From positions 3,936,001 through 4,000,000 of the forward strand of contig OZ245742.1 of the NCBI GenBank assembly GCA_965227295.1: DNA of 64,000 bases. Direction: 5' to 3'. The notes below the pieces were generated by a model. The model was not told the origin of the DNA. It did no database searches and saw only the letters and a program-made list of their open reading frames with translations. This stretch comes from Leptonemataceae bacterium (GTDB taxonomy: Bacteria; Spirochaetota; Leptospiria; Leptospirales; Leptonemataceae). The position numbers were made by a program, and so were the translations under genes. Positions within the stretch are counted from its first letter, which is position 1; every line of letters begins with the position of its first letter. This document shows, piece by piece, positions 9,600-19,866 of the stretch.

Positions 9600-12109
9600 A
9601 CCTTATAAAACTCGACGTTGCCGGCCAGTTCTTTCGGTAGGTCCTCGCCGTATTTGCGGTACTTGACTTCGAGTTCTTTCAACTTGCGGTTGCGGATGTT
9701 CTTGAAGCGGTTGTGAATGTCGGCGTAGGCCGGCTGCGACGCGATTTCGTCGCGGATCTTCTTCGCGAAGGGCACGTGCCGGTAAAAGATTTGCCGGGCC
9801 ACCTTGTTTAGCTTCAGGACACCCTCGGCCTCGTATTTGATCCACGAGATGTAGTCGTTCGTAAAGCGGTCGCGGTCCGTGCGGAAACGTTTGAATTCCG
9901 AGGACAGCTTCTCTTTGATTTCGGGGCTCAGGTCGCGATTCTTTTTGTAGAATTGTACGTAGTCCGTATAATCCGCCGTGATCGACGGCTGGGAGACGTT
10001 GTTCCAGTCGGCGCCCATGATCGTTTTCGTAAGTTCCCAGCGAAAGGCCGCCGTGGCCTCGAGGAGTAGCGTTAGAAGATCGGCCGTGGCGAACGTCGGT
10101 ACGATGATACGTCCGCGCGAGGACTTGGAGCGGGTGGAGGTGTCCTGCCACATCATTACTTTTGTGCCGATGCTGGGTATGATGATGAAGTTCGGGATGA
10201 CGCGCATCTGCACGAACTCTTTCAAGATGCCGCGTTCTTCGTCGTTGATCAACACCTCGCGGTGGTAAGCCGAAAAGTCGACGCTGAGCAGGTTGTCGAT
10301 CTCGTCGCTCAAACGTTCCGCCGTTACGAAGGCCTTTTCCAGCGGCATGGTGATTTGATAGCGCGTTAGAATGGGGAAGGCCGACGTCGGCTGACCGGAC
10401 GTGAGACGCGTGTTGACCTCGAGGAAGTTCTGGATTTCGTAGCGGATGCGCTTCTCCGGCGTGTTCATCTCGTCCGGTAGATCGGACTCGCGTTTCCAGC
10501 CGGCGCTCTTGTTTTCGCCCTTGAGTTTTTCGAAGTAGGTGAGGCCCATCTCGTCGACACTGGGCGGCTCTTCTCTCCGGCCGACGAGCTCCAACCAGTC
10601 AATGACGTTGTGCACCGGATGATTGGCCCGGGTGGTATCCTCGGCATTGTAGAGATAGGCGAGGTGTTCGTCGTCGAGCAAATCCTCGTCGAAGAAACCG
10701 AAATAGAGCATGAGCTTCACGGCCTGGGGCACCTGGCCTTTCGTCTCTTGAAACTTGAAGAAGGCCTTCTCGTAAGTCTTCCAGTAGATTTGCCCGATTT
10801 GCCGGCGGAGCTTGCGCGGATCGCCGCCGGAGTCCATGGGGTTCTGCATCGCCTTGAACTTCTTGAGCATGTCGACGATGCTCTTGGTTTCTTCGGCGGG
10901 CATCTGCAAAAACGACATGATCTTGCCCGGCGAACCGTGCAGATCCTTGCGAATGGCTTCGATGTCCACGCCCACGGATTCGACGTGCTGTTTTTTCTCT
11001 TCGACTTTCTGCACGTCCTGGTTGGTGTTCAGGAAGGTGTCGATCTTTTCGAGAGACGGATGCACGTCCGGATACTGGATGCCCTGGAGCTGCCGGTAGT
11101 TCTTTACGAACGTGTCGATGGAGTGATGCACGTACTTCAGAATGGCCGTGAACTCTTCCAGGGGCACGCTGGTGAAGCCGGAGTTGAGCAGATCGGAGAG
11201 CAGATAGAACTTTTCGGCGTAGCAGTAGTCGCCGGACACCAGGGATTCCATGGCGACGTCGACACTTTCCTGGAGGGCGTAGACCTCGCCGGAACCCTGA
11301 ATGACGAAGCCGGCGAGTTTCTTCGCCATGCCCTCGAGGATTTTAACATCGGCCTTAAACATCGCTCCCTGGATGTTAACGGGCAGGCCGAGCAGGCGGC
11401 GTTGAAAATTAAAGTCGTCCAGGTGGAAGGCGGAGTCGAACTCGTAGCTTTTTTTGAGGATGCTCGAGTGATCGCCCTGGAGCCAGATTTGATTGATGGG
11501 TTCCGGGATTTGCCCGCCGTTTTGCTGGAACTCCGAGACCACGACCTTAGCCGTGGAGACCACCGGGTCGATGACGGCGTCGGTGGGCGGCGGCGCGTCG
11601 TCGTCGGCGGGCCCGGCCTCGAAGGGCTGCGGGTTACACTTAAAGTAGGCCACGGCCAGGTTGTCGATGGTCTTCAGTAGATTTGCGAGATAGCCGGAGT
11701 GGTTCTTCACGGCGTGCTGGATGGCCATGGTCTCGTTCATGAGCGAGCGCACGGCCATCATGCCGACGTTCAGTTTGCCCAGGATGAGCTGGGTGAACTG
11801 GCCGCCCTTTGGAATGGGAAACGCGCTGATGACGCAGTCCGTGGCGGTGATGTAATGACAGGGATACTCCTCGCCGGATACGAGGGAGGCGAAGCCGGGG
11901 ACGCTGTTCGGCCCCAGCTTGTACATGCGGCGCTTGCCCTGGGAGTAGTAACGATTGAGGGCGAAGATCTCGCCCTTGTGCAGGATGGTCAGCATTCCCG
12001 CAGGCTGACCCGCTTCAAAGAGCACGGTCCCGGCGGGGACCTGTTGTTGCTGAAGCGGTTTCGAGGTATCGAGGGCCACTGCCACAACCATCCACCTTGC
12101 CGGGGCCAT
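9596..12109 (-). CDS. large cyclic-nucleotide-binding-domain protein (start may be GTG near 12079)
   Basis: N-terminal cNMP-like fold (VPAGTVLFEAGQPAGMLTILHKGEI) followed by a long helical region. Strong codon bias. Confidence 0.75.
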   Translation of the reverse strand: MAPARWMVVAVALDTSKPLQQQQVPAGTVLFEAGQPAGMLTILHKGEIFALNRYYSQGKRRMYKLGPNSVPGFASLVSGEEYPCHYITATDCVISAFPIPKGGQFTQLILGKLNVGMMAVRSLMNETMAIQHAVKNHSGYLANLLKTIDNLAVAYFKCNPQPFEAGPADDDAPPPTDAVIDPVVSTAKVVVSEFQQNGGQIPEPINQIWLQGDHSSILKKSYEFDSAFHLDDFNFQRRLLGLPVNIQGAMFKADVKILEGMAKKLAGFVIQGSGEVYALQESVDVAMESLVSGDYCYAEKFYLLSDLLNSGFTSVPLEEFTAILKYVHHSIDTFVKNYRQLQGIQYPDVHPSLEKIDTFLNTNQDVQKVEEKKQHVESVGVDIEAIRKDLHGSPGKIMSFLQMPAEETKSIVDMLKKFKAMQNPMDSGGDPRKLRRQIGQIYWKTYEKAFFKFQETKGQVPQAVKLMLYFGFFDEDLLDDEHLAYLYNAEDTTRANHPVHNVIDWLELVGRREEPPSVDEMGLTYFEKLKGENKSAGWKRESDLPDEMNTPEKRIRYEIQNFLEVNTRLTSGQPTSAFPILTRYQITMPLEKAFVTAERLSDEIDNLLSVDFSAYHREVLINDEERGILKEFVQMRVIPNFIIIPSIGTKVMMWQDTSTRSKSSRGRIIVPTFATADLLTLLLEATAAFRWELTKTIMGADWNNVSQPSITADYTDYVQFYKKNRDLSPEIKEKLSSEFKRFRTDRDRFTNDYISWIKYEAEGVLKLNKVARQIFYRHVPFAKKIRDEIASQPAYADIHNRFKNIRNRKLKELEVKYRKYGEDLPKELAGNVEFYKV

Positions 12110-12191
12110 CGGTAAAGCAAAATTCCCCGAACAAAGCTCTTACACTTACGCATCCCTGACGCGAATAGAAATGCCTTCCGGTTTTGGGAAA

Positions 12192-12908
12192 TTACTGCGG
12201 CTTCCACGGACCGTCCCCGCGGGTTCCGAAGAGGGCCGTGCCGATGCGGATCATCGTTGAGCCTTCTGCGACGGCAAGCTCCCAATCCCCCGACATGCCC
12301 ATGCTGAGTTCGCCGTCCGGCAGAATCTCGTCGCGCAGTTCGCGCAGTTGATGGAAGACCTCGCGCGTCCGGCCGGCGTCCTGGCTTTCGGGACCCATCG
12401 CCATAAAGCCGCGGAAGATCATTGCGTCGTCGCCGGGAAATCCATCGGCGTTACGCACTTCCTCGATGGACATGCCGCCGGCTTTGCTTGCCTCGCCGGT
12501 GAGATCCACCTGGATGAGATAGCGCAGGGGCATGAAGTTCGCGTCGCCGTCATCATCCGCATACTTGCGCACGGCCTTGTGCAAACTCTTCAGTGCGCTC
12601 CAGGATGAAGCCCCGTGGACCCAGTGGAAGAGACCAGGGATCTGCCGGGCCGCGCCGGATTGTAACGGGCCGATGTGATGATAGACGGGAAGGGCGTCTG
12701 TGTTTAGAGCGGACACATCCACCAGCGGGAACTTGTCCCGCGCCTCGTTCTGGCGATTCTCGCCGAAGTCCCGCAGACCGGCGTCCAGCATCTCCCGGAT
12801 GCGCTCCGGGCCGTGGGTCTTCGAGACGGCGATGATGCGGACACCGGGACGGCCGAGTTCTAACAGCCGCTCCCGGATGGAAGCGATGCGCTCGCGGGGA
12901 GAGGACAC
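12192..12908 (-). CDS. yggS: pyridoxal phosphate homeostasis protein
   Basis: IIAVSKTH, FGENRQNEA, HHIGPLQS and LSMGMSGDWELAVAEGSTMIRIGTALFG. Probable GTG start at 12908. Confidence 0.93.
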   Translation of the reverse strand: MSSPRERIASIRERLLELGRPGVRIIAVSKTHGPERIREMLDAGLRDFGENRQNEARDKFPLVDVSALNTDALPVYHHIGPLQSGAARQIPGLFHWVHGASSWSALKSLHKAVRKYADDDGDANFMPLRYLIQVDLTGEASKAGGMSIEEVRNADGFPGDDAMIFRGFMAMGPESQDAGRTREVFHQLRELRDEILPDGELSMGMSGDWELAVAEGSTMIRIGTALFGTRGDGPWKPQ

Positions 12909-12915
12909 CGGGGGA

Positions 12916-13443
12916 TCAGGAGCGGGTGAGATGGGCGACTCGTGCCGGATCGAGCTGCTTGACGCCACCCTGTTCCAGCAGGCGCGCCGCATCGACGCTG
13001 TCCGCGGACGGACCGTTGAAGTTCAGTGCGTAGAGGTTTTCCATTTCGACCTGGACGCTCTTGAGCGAACGCATGAGATGCTCCATGCGATCGGCCGTGG
13101 CCTTGCTGAGTGCATCCAGGTTCGGTTTCTGTCCGTCCTGGAGCTCCGGGAAGAGGGGTTCCTCGCCGAAACGCAATGCAGCGCTGATCTGCTCCGGGTT
13201 GCGGTTGAGATACTCGCTGCGGCTCTGCTCGCGGGAGTACTCGCGCTGCACGCCGCTGAGATCGGCCTGGAGCTTCAGCAGCCGGGATTCCAGCGAGGAC
13301 TGGGACAGACCCTCCGCGGAGTTCGTGGACCCGGCCTTTGCGCCGACGCCGACCCCGTCCCCGGCGGAACGCTGGTTTTCCTGGCGCCGTTCTTTGATGA
13401 TGTTTTCTGCGGAATTGAGGAGTGCTTTGCCTGAGATTTGCAT
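12916..13443 (-). CDS. coiled-coil hypothetical protein
   Basis: ATG at 13443 (MQISGKALLNSAENIIKERR). Helical protein directly upstream of yggS. Confidence 0.7.
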   Translation of the reverse strand: MQISGKALLNSAENIIKERRQENQRSAGDGVGVGAKAGSTNSAEGLSQSSLESRLLKLQADLSGVQREYSREQSRSEYLNRNPEQISAALRFGEEPLFPELQDGQKPNLDALSKATADRMEHLMRSLKSVQVEMENLYALNFNGPSADSVDAARLLEQGGVKQLDPARVAHLTRS

Positions 13444-13666
13444 GGTTCTGGACCTGCTCGTATGATTTATGTCACCAATTACAATTGCAATCAAAATCGT
13501 GAAGACCTGAGTCCTCTATAGGTCTATCGACGAGTCTCCGGAGATTTTTGACTGTTTTTCCTGAACATCGCCGCGTTTTTCGGATTTTTTTTGGCGTCCC
13601 ATTACGGCCGGGACCGAAGAAAAGGCTTTACACGGCCCGTACCGTGGCGCGACATATTCCGGAATT

Positions 13667-14656
13667 ATGGACCGTGCGCGCCTCGTTACCGCCCTCGCTC
13701 TCGTCTTTTCCATGTTTTCCGTTATCCTGGGCATCGCCAACATCGGCGTGCGGAGTTCGGACTCACCGTTCGTGAGTGACACGGAGAGCTTTCTCAGCTC
13801 CGGCACGGCCGGCATCGCGCTCATTGAGGTGCACGGCGCCATTCGCAACGGCTACGGCTCGAACGGGGCGGACTCCATCGTGAAGCTGCTCGACGCGGCG
13901 AAGACAAACTCTTCGGTCCGCGGCATTCTCCTGGACGTGAACAGCCCTGGCGGGGCCGTGGGGGCCACGAAGAAGATCTACGACAAGGTCATGGACGTGC
14001 GCCTGGTGAAGCCGGTCGTCGCCGTGGTGACGGACGTCGCAGCGAGCGGCGGCTATTACGTCGCGAGCGCTGCGGATCAGATCTTCGCCTACGAGGGCAG
14101 CATTCTGGGCAGCATCGGCGTGATCATGCTGCGCCCGGACGTCTCGGATTTTCTCGCGAGCTACGGCGTCCGCATCGAGCCCATCACCGCCGGCCGTTTC
14201 AAGGATATGTCGTATCCGTTCCGTCGGCTCACGGACGAAGAGCGCCGCATGTACGACGACATGATCGAGGCGGCCTACCAGCAGTTTCTGGAAGATGTTT
14301 CCAAAGGGCGCAAGCAGGGCAAGGACACCGTCGAGAAGTGGGCCGAGGGCCGGGTCTTCTCCGGTAAGTACGCGAAGTCCCAGCAAATCATCGACGACAT
14401 CGGCGGACGGGCCGAGGCCGTAGCTGCTATTAAAATCATGTTAAAAACGAACGAGGACCTGCCGCTGCTCGAACCGCCGCGCACGTTCTTCGAAGAGCTG
14501 TTCTTCAGCTACGATGCTTCGTTCGGAAGCCGCGGGGGCGGGGCCGGTGCCCGCTACGAGGACCTGCTGAGCGCGCCGGTGCTGTATCTGTATCCGGACG
14601 GTGCGGGTATGCTGCTCGACCTGCTCGAAGTGAGCGCGGTCGGCGCAAAACGATAG
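13667..14656 (+). CDS. sppA: signal peptide peptidase (S49)
   Basis: DVNSPGG, DVAASGGYYVASAAD, GSIGVI and AEGRVFSG. Confidence 0.92.
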   Translation: MDRARLVTALALVFSMFSVILGIANIGVRSSDSPFVSDTESFLSSGTAGIALIEVHGAIRNGYGSNGADSIVKLLDAAKTNSSVRGILLDVNSPGGAVGATKKIYDKVMDVRLVKPVVAVVTDVAASGGYYVASAADQIFAYEGSILGSIGVIMLRPDVSDFLASYGVRIEPITAGRFKDMSYPFRRLTDEERRMYDDMIEAAYQQFLEDVSKGRKQGKDTVEKWAEGRVFSGKYAKSQQIIDDIGGRAEAVAAIKIMLKTNEDLPLLEPPRTFFEELFFSYDASFGSRGGGAGARYEDLLSAPVLYLYPDGAGMLLDLLEVSAVGAKR

Positions 14657-14677
14657 GCGATAGCCCCGGCGAAGATC

Positions 14678-15274
14678 ATGCGCGAAGCCGTTCTCAATTT
14701 TCTGACCCTCTGCCACATGGCGCTCCAATCCCCCGGCGAACTTTCGACCGGCCTTGAGCGCACACCCCGGCGGACTCCGATTCTGGGGACGGTTCTGTTG
14801 CTGTCATCGCTCAGTACGGCGACGGGCATGTTCTACATCCGCGATTACTACCACTCCACGTTCTTCGCGGCCATTTTCTTTCTGACGCTGGTGCACATCG
14901 GCATTGCGGTGTTGTGGTCCGTGTTGCTCGGTTGCGTGATCGACGCTCTGGTTTCCCTGCGCAGCGCCGAGCGTGCGGGCAAGGCCTGGAACACCGCCGG
15001 TATGTTGATCATGTCGACTCTGCCGAACATTTTTCTGATCGCGTTTGCCGTGCCGGCCCGCCTGCTGCGGAACCCGGAGCTACTGCTGGTGCCCGCGCAA
15101 CTTTTGTTGATGGTCTGGGCCGTGTGGATCGCCGTGCAGGGCATCATCTATCAGTACGAGCTCACGGTCCGTAACGCGGTGCTGATCTACCTGCGTTCGT
15201 TGGGCATCGTGCTCGTGTTTCCGTTTTTGTTTTTTCTGTTCATTACCCTGGAACTCACGGGGTTAATGCAGTAA
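14678..15274 (+). CDS. multi-pass membrane protein (Yip1-like)
   Basis: About five hydrophobic segments. Its stop overlaps the surE start (TAATG). Confidence 0.7.
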   Translation: MREAVLNFLTLCHMALQSPGELSTGLERTPRRTPILGTVLLLSSLSTATGMFYIRDYYHSTFFAAIFFLTLVHIGIAVLWSVLLGCVIDALVSLRSAERAGKAWNTAGMLIMSTLPNIFLIAFAVPARLLRNPELLLVPAQLLLMVWAVWIAVQGIIYQYELTVRNAVLIYLRSLGIVLVFPFLFFLFITLELTGLMQ

Positions 15275-16056
15275 TGTCCGGTCGGCGCATCCTGGTGTCG
15301 AACGACGACGGCTATGACGCGCCCGGCCTGCGTTGCATTGAAGCAAGCCTGGCCGCTCTCGGCGAGGTCTGGGTCCTCGCCCCGGATCGCGAGCGTTCGG
15401 CTACGTCCAACGCGCTGACGATTCGCGAAGAACTCATCTTGAAACAGGTGGGCGAGCGTCGCTTTTCACTGAACGGCTATCCGGCGGATTGCGCGAACGT
15501 GGCTTTTTTTTCGGGGCTGCTGCCGCCGTTTGATCTGGTGGTTTCGGGCATCAATCACGGGCCGAACCTGGGCGACGACGTGCACTACAGCGGCACGGTG
15601 GCGGTGGCGCGCCAGGCCGCCGTGCACGACATTCGTGCCGTGGCCATCAGTTGCGCGCACTACGATCCGTCGGAACTGCATTTGCAGCGAACGGCGAAGT
15701 GGCTGGCCGCCTGGCTGCGGGAAAACCTGGACGGGCTGCGCGTCGGGAACGTCTACAGCATCAACTTTCCGCCGGAAACGCCGGAGGTTACGCTGGACAC
15801 ACCGCTCCCGGACGTGCGCTATACGTATCAGGGCAAGCGCACTTATAAAGACGAGTATCACGTCCTGGACGGAGAGGGGCACTGGCTGCTCCGCCTGAAA
15901 GAAACGGAGTTCGGTCACGTGAAGCAGGACCACTCCGACAGCGAGGCCGTGGCGGACGGATTTGTTTCGGTGACGCCCCTCAGCACGTTCACCACGGATC
16001 GGCGGGAATTGCATAAATGGTTCCGGAAGACGAGAACGAAAACGACTTCGAGCTGA
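15274..16056 (+). CDS. surE: 5'/3'-nucleotidase SurE
   Basis: ILVSNDDG, GYPADC and VVSGINHGPNLGDDVHYSGTV. Confidence 0.95.
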   Translation: MSGRRILVSNDDGYDAPGLRCIEASLAALGEVWVLAPDRERSATSNALTIREELILKQVGERRFSLNGYPADCANVAFFSGLLPPFDLVVSGINHGPNLGDDVHYSGTVAVARQAAVHDIRAVAISCAHYDPSELHLQRTAKWLAAWLRENLDGLRVGNVYSINFPPETPEVTLDTPLPDVRYTYQGKRTYKDEYHVLDGEGHWLLRLKETEFGHVKQDHSDSEAVADGFVSVTPLSTFTTDRRELHKWFRKTRTKTTSS

Positions 16057-16763
16057 GTCCCGAAGCGGCCGGCGTCGACTTTGAGGTCGGCGAAACGTCC
16101 GCGGTAGACGGGGACGCCGGCCAGGACTTCGAACACAAGATCCTGGAGCGGATCCTCGGTCTCAAGCAGATGATCAAGGACGGCCTCGGCGGTCCCATCG
16201 AACTGCACGAGCTGGGCATTTGTTATTTTCATCTGCATAACTTTCGCCAGGCATCGCAGTTCCTGGCCGATCTGATCGAAGAGTACGGGGACTACGTGGA
16301 GATCGCCTCGGTGATGGCGCTCCAGGCGTTGTGTTTGATCGAAGACCGGGAGTTCGCGGCGGCCGAGAAGATTTTGAACGAACGTGTGAATCGCTACGCC
16401 ACCGATACGCGGCTCATCTCCATGCTGGCTCACGTCTACGAAAAGACCGGCCGGGAGCTGGACGCGATTCAGATGCACCGTCGGGTGCTGGAGCTGGACC
16501 CGGACAGCATCAACTCCCTGAACAGCCTGGGCTATCTTTTGACATTGCACGGCGAACGTAAGGATCGCATGGAGGCCTTCGATTGTCTCAAGCGCGCTCT
16601 ACAGCAAAAGCCCGATCATCCGGCGTACCTGGACAGCTTCGGTGTCTTTCTTGCAAAGCACGGGGATCGCCAGCGGGCGCGCCGGGCGTTGCTGCGAGCG
16701 TTGCAGCGCGCTCCGGGGAACGCGGAAATTCTGGCGCACATTCGTGAGTTGCTGGAAAAATAG
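16017..16763 (+). CDS. tetratricopeptide repeat protein
   Basis: Acidic N-terminus, then TPRs (VLELDPDSINSLNSLGYLL; PDHPAYLDSFG). Confidence 0.85.
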   Translation: MVPEDENENDFELSPEAAGVDFEVGETSAVDGDAGQDFEHKILERILGLKQMIKDGLGGPIELHELGICYFHLHNFRQASQFLADLIEEYGDYVEIASVMALQALCLIEDREFAAAEKILNERVNRYATDTRLISMLAHVYEKTGRELDAIQMHRRVLELDPDSINSLNSLGYLLTLHGERKDRMEAFDCLKRALQQKPDHPAYLDSFGVFLAKHGDRQRARRALLRALQRAPGNAEILAHIRELLEK

Positions 16764-16824
16764 AAAATAATCTTGCCCTCGATTCGGTGGACGTTAAGTG
16801 AGAGTATCTGGAGGTTCTCATTTT

Positions 16825-17406
16825 ATGAAACGTACGATAGCATCCCTTCTCGTTGTGTTGTTGCTGATTCCCACGATGGGCAGCCGCTGCTTCGGCGGTT
16901 TTGTTCTGACGCGCAAGTGGCACGGCTTCATCAGCGGCATCAACAATAAATGGCTGCGCTGGATTGTCTTTCTGATTACGTGCATCGTCTACGGCATCGC
17001 CATCTGGGTGGATGCGATTATCTTCAACTCCATCGAGTTCTGGAGCGGTTCGAATCCCATGGCTCACGGCGACTTCGACGAGAACGGCGAGTTCGTCCGC
17101 GTCCAGGAGAAAGACGGCGAGAAAGTCGTCTACACCTACCGCCAGTACGGCGAGGTGCTTTCCATCGACATGTACAAAGACGGCGACTACCGCGGGAACA
17201 TGACGCTGCTGCGCTCGCAGCCGGGCGTCTTCTATCGTGATGTGGACGGTCGTTTGGAAGAGCTGGACGTCTCGCGTCTGAACGCGGGCGATCGTCAGGT
17301 CATCCACATGCGCGCGAACGGCAAAGTCGTAGAAAGCCGCGAAGTAGAAACGCGGAAGTACTACGAAATGTCCCGCGAATTCGAAGGCGCCGCTCCGGCG
17401 TACTGA
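16825..17406 (+). CDS. DUF3332-family protein
   Basis: GGAGG RBS and ATG at 16825. Pattern CFGGFVLTRK...NKWLRWIVFL...DAIIFNSIEFWSGSNP. Confidence 0.75.
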   Translation: MKRTIASLLVVLLLIPTMGSRCFGGFVLTRKWHGFISGINNKWLRWIVFLITCIVYGIAIWVDAIIFNSIEFWSGSNPMAHGDFDENGEFVRVQEKDGEKVVYTYRQYGEVLSIDMYKDGDYRGNMTLLRSQPGVFYRDVDGRLEELDVSRLNAGDRQVIHMRANGKVVESREVETRKYYEMSREFEGAAPAY

Positions 17407-17416
17407 GAAGAGGGTG

Positions 17417-17531
17417 ACCACCGAGGCTCCGAGGTCACCGGGGGAAGAGTGGGAGAGATTTCGTAGCTGATTGCATTCAGGTAATGATCGCTCTCTGGTT
17501 TTTTACTCAGTGTCCTCGGTGCCTCGGTGGT
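17417..17531. repeat. inverted-repeat-bounded element, CCGAGG family
   Basis: ACCACCGAGGCTCCGAGGTCACCGGG and CTCAGTGTCCTCGGTGCCTCGGTGGT are 22/26 complementary around a spacer of about 63 bp. Confidence 0.8.
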
Positions 17532-17549
17532 TGATTCGATTTCGCTTCA

Positions 17550-18470
17550 TTGAAACTCGAACAGGAAACCGTCGGCCCGTTCTCGAAGTTCACGTTCACC
17601 AAAACGATCCCCGGGCAAAAGGCCTCGTCTGCATTGAACGTCTTTCGCCTGGGCGATACGCTCATTGACGGCGGCAGCGAATCCGCCGCGCCGTTTTTGA
17701 TCGAGGCCATGGCCGAAGATCCGCCGCGGCGCATTTTGCTCACGCATCAGCACGAGGATCACATCGGCGGACTCGGTCGGCTCGTGCAGGCCTGGGGACG
17801 CCTGCCGGTGCATGCTCCGCGGGAGCACCTGGAAATCATTCGCAGCGGTTACACCGTACCGCAGTACCGCATCGATCACTGGGGCGATACGCGGGCTTAT
17901 CCCGATCTGGAGCTGATTCCGTACGACGCCGGCGATGTTTACAATGCGGGCGGTTTTGATTTGGAGATTCTGGACACGCCGGGTCATACCCCGGGGCACA
18001 AGTCGTTCGCCTTAAGAGACGGTGAGCGCATCTTTGTGATCAGCGGGGATCTGTATCTTGCACCGCGCCTGCCGAATGCGTTTTTCGAGACCTCGGTGCC
18101 GGACATGATCGCGTCGCTCGATCGCCTGGCAGCTCTGGGCGATGAGTTCACGCTGATGCCGAGCCACGGCGGACCGTACTCCGACGGCGCCAAACGCGTG
18201 CGGCAGTTGCGTGACTGGTATGTAAAGGAACGGGCCGCGATTCTTAAGATTCACCGGGAGCAGCCCGCCGCGGATTACAACGCGATCTTCCAGGCGCGGC
18301 ACGATTTCTACAATCCCATGGAGTTGCTGTCGCGCGGTGAACTCAGCCGTTGCGCCTTGATCCGCGGGGTCATCGATCCGGTGGTGGAGTTGCCCGCGAT
18401 GCCGATTGTGCTGGATGCGAAGTTGTACGCCGCGAGCCGGAAACGGATTGAGCAGCGGGGGAAAGGCTGA
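17550..18470 (+). CDS. metallo-beta-lactamase-fold hydrolase
   Basis: THQHEDHIGG, TPGHTPGH, SGD and PSHG. TTG start. Confidence 0.88.
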   Translation: MKLEQETVGPFSKFTFTKTIPGQKASSALNVFRLGDTLIDGGSESAAPFLIEAMAEDPPRRILLTHQHEDHIGGLGRLVQAWGRLPVHAPREHLEIIRSGYTVPQYRIDHWGDTRAYPDLELIPYDAGDVYNAGGFDLEILDTPGHTPGHKSFALRDGERIFVISGDLYLAPRLPNAFFETSVPDMIASLDRLAALGDEFTLMPSHGGPYSDGAKRVRQLRDWYVKERAAILKIHREQPAADYNAIFQARHDFYNPMELLSRGELSRCALIRGVIDPVVELPAMPIVLDAKLYAASRKRIEQRGKG

Positions 18471-18538
18471 TGCTGAAATCTACTTGCGGCCATCCGTGCC
18501 CGCGTGCCGACGCACGCTGACATCTCCCGGCGGATCCT

Positions 18539-18826
18539 CTACATTCCCCGCAATTCGTAGACGCGGATGCCTTTGATAAACGGGCACTTCGCCGCGATCT
18601 TCTCCGCGGCGTCCAGGTCCGGGGCTTCGATGATGTTGTAGCCGGTGATGGAATCCGGTCCCCAGGGGAGTTCTGTGACGCCGGCCGCGGTGATTTGCCG
18701 GCCGCCCATGAAGCCGCTCTGCGCGACGTTGACGTCGGTGATCGAGGCGAACCATTCCTTCCAGGCTTCCATGATTTCGGGCGTGGGTTGTTCGAATCCG
18801 TAGTGCAACAACAGGAATTGCTTCAT
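18539..18826 (-). CDS. YciI-family protein
   Basis: ATG at 18826. Sequence MKQFLLLH...ITGYNIIEAPDLDAAEKIAAKCP. Confidence 0.8.
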   Translation of the reverse strand: MKQFLLLHYGFEQPTPEIMEAWKEWFASITDVNVAQSGFMGGRQITAAGVTELPWGPDSITGYNIIEAPDLDAAEKIAAKCPFIKGIRVYELRGM

Positions 18827-19091
18827 AAATGCAGGCTCACTCAAAACACAAGTCTCCCACCCCCGTGGGTGGTTTGGTGGTGGGTGATGACTGGTGTACT
18901 TTTTAAAGGCGCGGCGCTTTAGGTCAGTCGGCTTTAGCAGAGGTTTTCGCATCCGTCAACCCGGAAAATGTCACACCCCTGTGCGATGATAGCGTGGGGG
19001 AATCTACGCTATGGGATGGTCAGAATCACTTTGCCGGTATGCCGGCCGTCGCCGAAATATTGAATCAAGGCGCCCCGTGCGACGCGATAGC

Positions 19092-19838
19092 TTACGCCAT
19101 CTTGCGCGCAATTTCCGCCGGCCGCGCGACAGCGATCAGATGATCCCCGCGTTCGAAGATAACGTCGGGCTCCCGCCGCTTGCGTACCCGCCGTGCGGAG
19201 ATTACCGGATCACGCAGGCCCATCATGAAAAGCGTATCCTTCGTGAATCCGCCGGCGATCGCGTCGCGCAGCTCGTTCTCATCCAGGCCGCGCCGCCATT
19301 GTCGGATCATCTTCGCCGCACGAAAGATCAGCGGCGGCGGCAGTTCCCGGGACATCTGCGCGAGGCCCTTCGCCCAGGGCGACGGTCGGAAAAACGGAAA
19401 GAGCCGGGCTACGGTGTTTCGCATGGGCCGGTACGCAAACGCCGGGACGAGGTCCGCGGCGCGCGCGAGCTTGCCGGCGACATTCGAAAGATCGGCGCCG
19501 CAAAACGCCGTGGAGATGAGGACAAGTCGTTTCGGCTGCAGCAGGCCTTGCGCGATCCATTCCTGGGCGATCATGCCGCCGAAGGAACAGCCGACGAGTA
19601 CGTCCGGTTCGCTAATAAAACTTTTTCTATTGTTAGTGGGCCGGCTGTAATCATCGAAGAGGCGCGCCGCGAATTGTCTCAGGGACTCACGACGTTCCGG
19701 CGCAATGTACTCCACGTGCTCCGCGACGATGGGTTGTTTGCGTCGGGTGTTGATGTGATGGATCAGCGGGTCGTACATGGCCCCGGTGGCGCCGAGGCCA
19801 GGCAGGAAAACGTAGCGTGCTGCGGAAGATCGAACCAT
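19092..19838 (-). CDS. alpha/beta-fold hydrolase
   Basis: FLPGLGA oxyanion motif, GCSFGG nucleophile elbow, and GLRDPV / GDH. ATG at 19838. Confidence 0.8.
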   Translation of the reverse strand: MVRSSAARYVFLPGLGATGAMYDPLIHHINTRRKQPIVAEHVEYIAPERRESLRQFAARLFDDYSRPTNNRKSFISEPDVLVGCSFGGMIAQEWIAQGLLQPKRLVLISTAFCGADLSNVAGKLARAADLVPAFAYRPMRNTVARLFPFFRPSPWAKGLAQMSRELPPPLIFRAAKMIRQWRRGLDENELRDAIAGGFTKDTLFMMGLRDPVISARRVRKRREPDVIFERGDHLIAVARPAEIARKMA

Positions 19839-19866
19839 GTTCTGCGTCAGTATAACGTACCGGCGC

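Noticed and set aside
18830..19090. Intergenic GGT-rich stretch as an ncRNA or riboswitch
   Set aside because: No recognisable conserved motif, terminator or second copy.
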